A stretch of 64,000 nt of DNA from Candidatus Margulisiibacteriota bacterium. Lineage in GTDB: Bacteria; Margulisbacteria; WOR-1; JAKLHX01; JBAZKV01. The position numbers and the translations under genes were made by a program. The stretch spans positions 47,844-111,843 of the forward strand of contig JBAZKV010000002.1 of NCBI GenBank assembly GCA_041650635.1. The letters are read 5' to 3'. The notes beneath the pieces were generated by a model, which did not search any database, was not told the DNA's origin, and saw nothing but the letters and a program-made list of their open reading frames with translations. Below, one piece after another: positions 57,431 through 64,000 of the stretch. Position 1 is the first letter of the stretch; each line of letters opens with the position of its first letter.

Positions 57431-59290
57431 TCAGCTGTTTTGCGCTATTTCAAAAATGAACGAATTGCCGTTGTCTCTGGACTCCACCCGGATGCTGCCG
57501 CCGTGCTTTTCAATTATCTGCCTGGATATGAACAGCCCGAGCCCGGTGCCTTTATTCTTTTTGGTCTCCGGATTGTCCAGCCTGGAAAACCTTTTGAACA
57601 GCCTCTGTGTTTCTTCGCCGGTCAGCGGTTTTCCATCGTTATAGACCTCTACTTTTATTCTATCACTTTCTTGAACGCAGTTAAGGGACACTTTGCCATT
57701 GGCGGAGCCGTATTTGACGGCATTTCCGACAAGATTGTTGGCAACGATCTGCATCAGATTGAAGTCCGCACGGACCTTTATCCCCCTCGCTATGTTGTTC
57801 TCTATCACGATACTCTTTTCTGCGGCCGGTTTAAAAAATTCCTGAACGCTCTGGTCCAGCAGGTCCTCGCCCAGGAGAAGATCGGTCCTGTTCACGGGCA
57901 TCTCGTCCTTTTCTATCCTGGACAGGTTGAGAAAGTTCTTTACTGTAGAGTCAAAATACTCCAGGTTCTTTACCACGGAATCGAGGGCTTTTCTCTGCTT
58001 AAAATTGATCATCCCCAGGAAACCGTCCCTGACGCTGTAGGCGTGCAGCATTGTAGAGGCAAGAATGCCCTTGAGTTCGTGCGAAACAAATCCGACAAGG
58101 TCAAGGTACCTGATGTTAGAATCCTTGAGAGTTCTTTCCCTTTCGGACAACTGCACGGCCATAAGGTTGAAAGACCTCGCGAACTTGTTAAGTTCTTTTA
58201 TCGGCGTTCTTGTCATTACCCTGAAAGCAAGGTCCCCTCCCGAGATCTTTTCGGTAGCCTCCAGCATTCTGTCGATGGGCCGTGTCATGGAAAACTCGAG
58301 AAAGAACGCAAGAAGAGCGGCAAAGACGGATGCCACTGCCACTATTCCCAGGAACATGATAAGAATGTTCCTCTTCATGTCCCTGAAAGGCTCTTCAAGC
58401 GTCCCCACATAAAGGATACCGATGACCTTTCCTTCTATGTCCCTGATAGGCTCATACGCGGTAAGATACCAGTCGGTAACGACAAAGGCCCTGTCAAACC
58501 ACCTGCCGCCCTTTACCGCCACCCTTTCGTAAACATCTTTTGAGATGCGGGTCCCCAGGGCTCTGCTGCCCTGACGGTCAAGGACATTGGTCGCGATCCT
58601 GACATCGTCCTGAAAAATGGTGACCGTGCCCAAAGGTTTTCCTTTGTAGAGCTGTTCCTCAAAAACATAGCCGCGCACTGCATCCACAAGCTGAAGGTCC
58701 CTGTTAAGAAGCCTTCCGCCGTAGATCACCTTATCCACTTTACCCGCGCTATCATAAGATAAAGGAGATGCACAGCCTATGGCCATGGCGTTTTCAAGCT
58801 CTTTTCTTTCGGTAGGCAGTGCCATGGGGGTGTTGACCAGCGGCATTCTTGCCCTTTCATAAAGCTCTGCACCCATCTTTTTCAGTTCGTCCTTATCGAT
58901 TATCCTGGTGCCTCCGGCAGAAGCCCCCGTCTCAAAGGCCCGTTTTACTATCTCGCTTTTGACAGAGGGCAGTTCGGAGCGTTTAACTATATCAAGGTAG
59001 TCCAGCCTGAGTTTTATCCTGATGCTTTTGAGGTCGCTTGGTTCTCCCATAAAAGAGAAGACATCTTTGAGCTTTTCTATCTCTGCATTATAGAATTTGC
59101 GCGCTATCGTAATATCGCTGACCATCTGCTTCTGCTCTCTGCCGACTATGTTGCTGTTGATCACATAGGCGCCAAAAATACCCACTAGCAGAGCAAGCAT
59201 AGTTATAACAAGCAGAAAGGAGTAGATTATTCTTGTTCTGATGCTGGTCGGCTTCATTGTCCTTGCCTTATTTGAAGAGTTGCCTGCCAA
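57431..59290 (-). CDS. sensor histidine kinase (periplasmic sensing domain, HAMP, HisKA, HATPase_c)
   Basis: N-terminal TM helix, a ~270-aa extracytoplasmic domain, a second TM, HAMP, H-box VSHELKGIL, and N/G boxes (NLVGNAVKYG, GTGLGL). Confidence 0.8.
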   Translation of the reverse strand: MAGNSSNKARTMKPTSIRTRIIYSFLLVITMLALLVGIFGAYVINSNIVGREQKQMVSDITIARKFYNAEIEKLKDVFSFMGEPSDLKSIRIKLRLDYLDIVKRSELPSVKSEIVKRAFETGASAGGTRIIDKDELKKMGAELYERARMPLVNTPMALPTERKELENAMAIGCASPLSYDSAGKVDKVIYGGRLLNRDLQLVDAVRGYVFEEQLYKGKPLGTVTIFQDDVRIATNVLDRQGSRALGTRISKDVYERVAVKGGRWFDRAFVVTDWYLTAYEPIRDIEGKVIGILYVGTLEEPFRDMKRNILIMFLGIVAVASVFAALLAFFLEFSMTRPIDRMLEATEKISGGDLAFRVMTRTPIKELNKFARSFNLMAVQLSERERTLKDSNIRYLDLVGFVSHELKGILASTMLHAYSVRDGFLGMINFKQRKALDSVVKNLEYFDSTVKNFLNLSRIEKDEMPVNRTDLLLGEDLLDQSVQEFFKPAAEKSIVIENNIARGIKVRADFNLMQIVANNLVGNAVKYGSANGKVSLNCVQESDRIKVEVYNDGKPLTGEETQRLFKRFSRLDNPETKKNKGTGLGLFISRQIIEKHGGSIRVESRDNGNSFIFEIAQNS

Positions 59291-59348
59291 AAACCGCGGC
59301 TGTAATTATTATATACCATACGAACGCCATTAGTGCTAGAATATTGCC

Positions 59349-60365
59349 ATGATAAAAAGCGATCATTACAGGACAGCCACCTTTATAGCGCTTCTGGTGA
59401 TATCGACGCTCCTTTTTCTGCTTCTGCTGAGGCCGTTCTTTAAGCCGATCGGGGTCGCGTTCATAGGCTCCATCCTGGTATACCCCATGTACAAGTGGGT
59501 CAGTTCGGTCTCAAGGTCGAGGACATTCGGCGCTTCGGTAAGCGTGCTCACTCTTATAGCCGTGTTTGTGGCGCCTCTCATATTCTTAACCTACGAGATC
59601 TACAAAGAGCTTACCGATCTTCTCCTGCTCATGAGGGGCAGCTACAGCCCGGAATATGTAGGCAGGCTCGCCGAGGCCGCAAGGTCCCTGCCCGGCGCTT
59701 CGGAAGTAATAGCAGGCATTAATGAAACCGCCCAAAGAACGGCCTCGTATTTTGCCGCCCAGGCTTTTTCTACGATTAAGAACATAATCTGGTTCCTGGT
59801 AGAGATATTTGTGGTGCTCATAACAATATTCTTTGTCCTAAGGGATTCCTCTTCTCTGCTTGACAGGACTCATGCCCTTTCCCCGTTCAAGAAACATGAG
59901 ACCGACACGGTCCTTAACAAGATCAGGGACACCATTTATGCCACGGTGTTCGGCGTGGTAGTGGTAGCCATGGTCCAGGGGTTCATCGGAGGATTGGGCT
60001 TTGCCATGCTGGGCCTGGAGTCTCCCGTCCTTTGGGGCTGTGCGATGGCCCTGCTGGCCATGATACCTTTTCTCGGAGCGCCTGTGATCTGGTTCCCCGC
60101 TGTCGTCTATCTGTTCCTGCACGGACAGTTCCTGAGCGCTGTGTTCCTCTTTTTGTGGGGGGCTTTTGTGGTGGGGCTCATCGACAATGTGCTAAGGCCG
60201 CTGATAATAGGAGGAAAAGCCCGGCTGCATTCCCTGCTTGTTTTTTTCAGCGCCTTCGGAGGCATAATACTTCTGGGGCCCGCCGGAATATTCTTTGGCC
60301 CTATAATCCTGTCCATAACGCTGGTGCTGGCTGATTTTCTGGAAAAGAAGATAAAGGAATCGTAG
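59349..60365 (+). CDS. AI-2E family transporter (PerM/UPF0118)
   Basis: 338-aa polytopic membrane protein with the conserved region ...IPFLGAPVIWFPAVVYL...GLIDNVLRPLIIG. Confidence 0.7.
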   Translation: MIKSDHYRTATFIALLVISTLLFLLLLRPFFKPIGVAFIGSILVYPMYKWVSSVSRSRTFGASVSVLTLIAVFVAPLIFLTYEIYKELTDLLLLMRGSYSPEYVGRLAEAARSLPGASEVIAGINETAQRTASYFAAQAFSTIKNIIWFLVEIFVVLITIFFVLRDSSSLLDRTHALSPFKKHETDTVLNKIRDTIYATVFGVVVVAMVQGFIGGLGFAMLGLESPVLWGCAMALLAMIPFLGAPVIWFPAVVYLFLHGQFLSAVFLFLWGAFVVGLIDNVLRPLIIGGKARLHSLLVFFSAFGGIILLGPAGIFFGPIILSITLVLADFLEKKIKES

Positions 60366-60368
60366 CCA

Positions 60369-61154
60369 GTGCCAAGTCGCGGCCGCACAGGAATGCTCAA
60401 AGCCATAAATAGACTCCGCCCTGTTCTGGCATTACTCCTGCTGCCGTTCTTTTTTGGCTGCGGGGTCTTTGCTCCGGGACCTTCTACAAAACCGTTCTTC
60501 ACCGACCCTGTCGAAAAGATCTCCCTGACCTCTTCCCCAAGCCTGACACTGAGCCTGTTCTGCGAAGCGCAGGCCCTGGACCCTCTGGTCTTTAGGACCG
60601 GCACACGGGTCCACATGGGTTTCTGGTCCCTTTATCCCAACCGAGCAAACCTTGCAAGGGTGATCGATGCCATAAACTCGGATACAGGTTCAACGCCTTT
60701 CAACAAAGCCATCTGGGACGAAGGAACTGCCACAGCTTCTTCGATGCAGTTCCCTTCTTATATAAGGATGAACGATGAGTTCTGGTATGAGAGAGCCTCT
60801 GCCTCGGGAGGTACTGTAACATTGACCATTGAAGGCGTCACCTATTCCTACACAGATCCCCATCCAGTGACCTTTGCTCAGGCAGACACCATCTGGGGAC
60901 AGTACTCACAAAGATATACTGATCTTGCGCCTTTAATAAGGCGATCAACGGGTCTTACCCCGGAAGCGCGGTGCTTTGTTGAAGGCGCCAAGTCAAACAG
61001 GGTCTTTTACACATATGAGCTGCCGCAGCTTGAACAACTTGAGGCCGGCGGGGACATAATAGTCTATTTTGCGTCAACTTCCGAAGCGGATTGGAAAACA
61101 CCTGCCGACTGGGTGGAAGGCACCAAGAACGCTCCTACACCTGTTGCTCCTTAA
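60369..61154 (+). CDS. hypothetical lipoprotein
   Basis: Signal peptide with lipobox FFGC; no other recognisable domain. Confidence 0.45.
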   Translation: MPSRGRTGMLKAINRLRPVLALLLLPFFFGCGVFAPGPSTKPFFTDPVEKISLTSSPSLTLSLFCEAQALDPLVFRTGTRVHMGFWSLYPNRANLARVIDAINSDTGSTPFNKAIWDEGTATASSMQFPSYIRMNDEFWYERASASGGTVTLTIEGVTYSYTDPHPVTFAQADTIWGQYSQRYTDLAPLIRRSTGLTPEARCFVEGAKSNRVFYTYELPQLEQLEAGGDIIVYFASTSEADWKTPADWVEGTKNAPTPVAP

Positions 61155-61330
61155 GGATTCTCTTTGATTTTGGGGGTAAGGTCAGACATGGAAGCTCTGC
61201 TTAATTGATCTTTGACCGATTGATTGTTCTTGTCGGGGATTTCTTCTAGTAGTCTAGTAGTGAGGATATGTCAGAATTAAACCGAAATGAAACTTTGTAA
61301 ACCGGGGATTTTTCAAAAACAAATGGCATT

Positions 61331-61408
61331 CTTTCCTTGTCCTTGTTCTTGACCTTGTCCTACGAACAAAAGCATACACCATTAAAGGACAAGGACGAGG
61401 ACAAGGAG
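61331..61408. terminator. long imperfect hairpin, likely bidirectional terminator between lipoprotein gene and tRNA cluster
   Basis: ccttgtccttgttcttgaccttgtcc ...loop... ggacaaggacgaggacaaggag; T-rich runs flank it on both strands. Confidence 0.35.
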
Positions 61409-61460
61409 ACTCACAAATACTTTATTAGGCTAAGTAATAATGGATATGCTTTTGTGAGTC

Positions 61461-61535
61461 TGGGGTGGCTATCGGGATTTGAACCCGGACTAACGGGACC
61501 ACAACCCGTCGTGCTACCGTTACACTATAGCCACC
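61461..61535 (-). tRNA. tRNA-His (anticodon GTG) with encoded G-1 and CCA
   Basis: Reverse complement G-GTGGCTATAGTGTAACGGTAGCACGACGGGTTGTGGTCCCGT...GGTTCAAATCCCGATAGCCACCCCA. The extra 5' G pairing with C73 is the tRNA-His hallmark. Confidence 0.8.
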
Positions 61536-61543
61536 GCGCATTT

Positions 61544-61617
61544 CGTCCCCGGGGCGATTCGAACGCCCGGCCTACAGCTTAGAAGGCTGTTGCTCTATCC
61601 AGCTGAGCTACGGGGAC
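61544..61617 (-). tRNA. tRNA-Arg (anticodon TCT)
   Basis: Reverse complement GTCCCCGTAGCTCAGCTGGATAGAGCAACAGCCTTCTAAGCTGT...GGCGTTCGAATCGCCCCGGGGACG. Confidence 0.8.
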
Positions 61618-61760
61618 ACTTCGACTCGCTATGCTCGCTCAGTGTTCATTCTACACCGCACAAACATATTCCATCCTATAAGCCCCGAGCCTGTCGAGGG
61701 GCTACGGGGACTCGTCCTGAGCGAACGAAGTGAGTCGAAGGACACTTCGACTCCGCCCAA
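61618..61760. repeat. hairpin-forming repeat cluster (motif A ccccgagcctgtcgagggg plus motif B gtcctgagcgaacgaagtgagtcgaaggacac) between tRNA genes
   Basis: acttcgactc at 61618 and its inverted partner gagtcgaagg at 61731. Motif B recurs at 32054-32093 and in degenerate form at 35418-35462 and 43935-43975. Motif A recurs at 43944-43962, and a similar hairpin (cccctcgatttactcgggg) lies at 34018-34040. Confidence 0.7.
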
Positions 61761-61769
61761 CAAAAAAAG

Positions 61770-61841
61770 AGCGGGAGAAGGGATTCGAACCCTCGACATC
61801 CTGCTTGGAAGGCAGGAACTCTACCGCTGAGTTACTCCCGC
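61770..61841 (-). tRNA. tRNA-Gly (anticodon TCC)
   Basis: Reverse complement GCGGGAGTAACTCAGCGGTAGAGTTCCTGCCTTCCAAGCAGG...GGTTCGAATCCCTTCTCCCGCT. Confidence 0.8.
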
Positions 61842-61877
61842 TTGCTCCGCTCGGTGCAAGCTTAAAGAAAGTATAAC

Positions 61878-61951
61878 ATCGGGCCGACGGGATTTGAACC
61901 CGTGACCTCACGCACCCCAAGCGTGCGCGCTACCAAGCTGCGCTACGGCCC
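61878..61951 (-). tRNA. tRNA-Pro (anticodon GGG)
   Basis: Reverse complement CGGGCCGTAGCGCAGCTTGGTAGCGCGCACGCTTGGGGTGCGTG...GGTTCAAATCCCGTCGGCCCGA. Confidence 0.75.
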
Positions 61952-61970
61952 GACTTTGCTCTTTCTTAGA

Positions 61971-62044
61971 TCGGGGAGACAGGATTCGAACCTGCGACCC
62001 CCTGCTCCCAAAGCAGGTGCGCTACCAAGCTGCGCCACTCCCCG
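61971..62044 (-). tRNA. tRNA-Pro (anticodon TGG)
   Basis: Reverse complement CGGGGAGTGGCGCAGCTTGGTAGCGCACCTGCTTTGGGAGCAGG...GGTTCGAATCCTGTCTCCCCGA. Confidence 0.75.
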
Positions 62045-62116
62045 TCACGAGCAAGCAACATTTAGTCGAGGAACTCCCCGTCCGAATTAATTATAACACC
62101 TGGGGCGTGCTATCAT

Positions 62117-63079
62117 TTGGACATGAAGGATATCTGGGCAAAATTAACGCATGAAGCGGTCATTTCCGCTGCAGAAAAAGAAACGGGGAAGACTCTCAAT
62201 GGTTTCTGCCTAAAAAGGAACAGCTACATCAACAGGGTATTTGAGCTGGAGGACTCTAAAACAAAGCAGCGCTATATTGCCAAGTTCTACCGCCCGGGCA
62301 GATGGGACAGCGATACTATACAGGAGGAGCAGGACCTTTTGTCCCATCTTAAGGAACTGGACCTTCCCGTGATAGCTCCCATAAAGGCTAAAGGAAGGTC
62401 CCTGTTCCGGTTTGACGGCATCTATTTTACGCTGTCCCCGAGGATGGGAGGCAGGGCGCTGGATGAGTTCAGCGACGAAAGATGGGAGGAGACAGGCCGC
62501 ATCATCGGCAGGATGCACCTTGCAACCCAAAAAAAAAGCTCTGCCCAGCGCGCCGTCTGGCGCCCGCAAAAGGCCACCGAGGCACATCTTAAGACCCTCC
62601 TTTCCGGCGGGACCGTCCTGCCCGACTATAAAGCACCTCTGGAAAAGGCAGCCCGCGCGTTTATCGAAGCCTTTGATCCTCTCTTTAATGACAGAGAGCT
62701 GTTCCTGATCCATGGAGATATCCACCGCGGCAACTTCATTCATCGACCGCAGGAAGGCGTATATGTCATAGACTTTGACGATATCTGCACCGGGCCTGCC
62801 GTACAGGACCTGTGGATGCTTCTCCCCGACAAAGAGGAGAACTGCAGAAAAGAGATCGAGCTTTTTTTAAAAGGTTATCAAACTTTTAGAAAATTCGACT
62901 TATCGGAACTTGACCTGATACCCGCGCTCAGGATAATGAGGATGGTCCATTTTGCCGCCTGGTGCTCCGTTCAAAAGGGGGAGCCACACTTTGAACAGAG
63001 CTTTCCCAAATGGGGAGACCAGAAATACTGGAACGAACTTATCCGGGAGATGAACCGCCTTATTTTTTTTCAAGAATAG
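62117..63079 (+). CDS. srkA: stress-response Ser/Thr kinase SrkA/RdoA (YihE family)
   Basis: NSYINRVFELED...YIAKFYRPGRWDS...EEQDLL and HGDIHRGNFI / VIDFDD catalytic motifs, typical of RdoA/YihE. Confidence 0.7.
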   Translation: MDMKDIWAKLTHEAVISAAEKETGKTLNGFCLKRNSYINRVFELEDSKTKQRYIAKFYRPGRWDSDTIQEEQDLLSHLKELDLPVIAPIKAKGRSLFRFDGIYFTLSPRMGGRALDEFSDERWEETGRIIGRMHLATQKKSSAQRAVWRPQKATEAHLKTLLSGGTVLPDYKAPLEKAARAFIEAFDPLFNDRELFLIHGDIHRGNFIHRPQEGVYVIDFDDICTGPAVQDLWMLLPDKEENCRKEIELFLKGYQTFRKFDLSELDLIPALRIMRMVHFAAWCSVQKGEPHFEQSFPKWGDQKYWNELIREMNRLIFFQE

Positions 63080-63659
63080 ATAACAGATACTTGCGCGTTC
63101 TTCTAAAAGCGATGCCCCTGTGCGATATTCTGTTCTTTTGAGCCGTTGATATCTGGGCAAAAGTTTTATGGGTCCCGAAAGGAACAAAGACAGGGTCATA
63201 TCCGAAACCGCGCTTTCCTTTTAACTGACAGATAATACTTCCTTTGACCTTTCCTTCGATCGTCTTGATCTTTTTCCCGGGCCTTGCAATGGCAACGGCG
63301 CAAACAAAACAAGCGGTCCTTTTACCTTCGGGGAACCCTTTCATCACGCGCAGAAGTTTTTCGCACAACCTTTTTGGGGTGGCGGGAGGAGCAACGAACC
63401 TGGCAGACCTTACCCCCGGTTTTTTGTTGAGCGCGTTAACACAGAGCCCGCTGTCATCCGCGATAGAAACAAGCCCGAGTTCCTTCTCCACTGCTCTTGC
63501 TTTTTTTACCGCGTTCTCTTTGAAGGTCCTTCCGTTCTCCGACACTTTTATCTTTTTGGGGAAATCCGAAAGAGAGGCTATTTTTAAACCTTTTATGTCC
63601 AGGATCTTCCCTATTTCCCTGACCTTGTCCTTATTTGAAGTCGCAAGAACTATCTGCAT
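63060..63659 (-). CDS. rdgB: non-canonical purine NTP pyrophosphatase (RdgB/Ham1)
   Basis: MQIVLATSNKDKVREI...; SIADDSGL and GFGYDPVF motifs. Confidence 0.8.
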   Translation of the reverse strand: MQIVLATSNKDKVREIGKILDIKGLKIASLSDFPKKIKVSENGRTFKENAVKKARAVEKELGLVSIADDSGLCVNALNKKPGVRSARFVAPPATPKRLCEKLLRVMKGFPEGKRTACFVCAVAIARPGKKIKTIEGKVKGSIICQLKGKRGFGYDPVFVPFGTHKTFAQISTAQKNRISHRGIAFRRTRKYLLSILEKK

Positions 63660-64000
63660 TTGAGGGCTTTTGCTCCTATGTCCCTGCGAAAATACATATC
63701 CTCGAATTTTATCTTTGCGACCGCCGCATAAGCATTATCAACGGCGTCTTTGACCGAGCCACCGAGCCCCGTAACGCCAAGCACTCTGCCTCCCGAAGTG
63801 ACCGTGCCGCAGCCCGCCGAGGAGGTCCCAGCGTGGAACACGACAACATCCTTCATGGCCGCTGCAGCATCCAGCCCTTCGACAATGAACCCTTTGCCGT
63901 ATTTGCCGGGATATCCGCCTGAAGCCATCACCACGCAGACCGAGGACTTTTTGTCCCACTCAATAGTAACCTGCGACAGCCTTTCGTCAATGACCGCCTC
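63650..64000 (-). CDS. purD: phosphoribosylamine--glycine ligase, C-terminal part (gene continues beyond window)
   Basis: Translation ...VVFHAGT...GGRVLGVTGLGGSVKDAVDNAYAAVAKIKFEDMYFRRDIG matches the PurD C-domain. The frame stays open beyond 63934 to the window edge. Confidence 0.7.
   Translation of the reverse strand, partial: EAVIDERLSQVTIEWDKKSSVCVVMASGGYPGKYGKGFIVEGLDAAAAMKDVVVFHAGTSSAGCGTVTSGGRVLGVTGLGGSVKDAVDNAYAAVAKIKFEDMYFRRDIGAKALKCR

Overview
This window is a roughly 50% GC bacterial chromosomal segment, plausibly an anaerobe, dense with housekeeping genes. These include purH and purN, thrC, lipid-A (lpxB-like and msbA) and glycosyltransferase loci, lgt and lspA, ahcY, ileS, lon, clpP, tig, iorAB and paaK, a HydABC-type [FeFe]-hydrogenase operon with a two-component system, 10 tRNA genes, and srkA, rdgB and purD. 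A roughly 8.4-kb mosaic region at about 35.4-43.9 kb interrupts this backbone. Its composition is foreign in both directions: AT-rich restriction-modification genes and one strongly A-depleted, GC-rich gene. It lies next to tRNA-Lys, tRNA-Arg(CCG) and tRNA-Arg(TCG). It contains a type II (probably IIS-like) restriction-modification pair whose 837-aa methyltransferase fuses a C5-cytosine methyltransferase domain to an N6-adenine (NPPF) methyltransferase domain. That cassette is bracketed by 56-bp perfect inverted repeats (about 95 bp imperfect). Directly beside it is a second module (DprA/SLOG-like protein, XRE regulator, ImmA/IrrE peptidase and large serine recombinase) bracketed by inverted repeats of about 120 bp near-perfect and about 250 bp total, which duplicate the 3' end of the recombinase gene. 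The junctions carry tRNA-end-like motifs. Also notable are a dispersed family of hairpin repeats next to tRNA genes, a 29-nt duplicated tRNA-Gly 3' half upstream of tig, a 7x heptanucleotide tandem repeat in a porin promoter region, and a HydA with a non-canonical L1 H-cluster motif. No rRNA or CRISPR array was seen.
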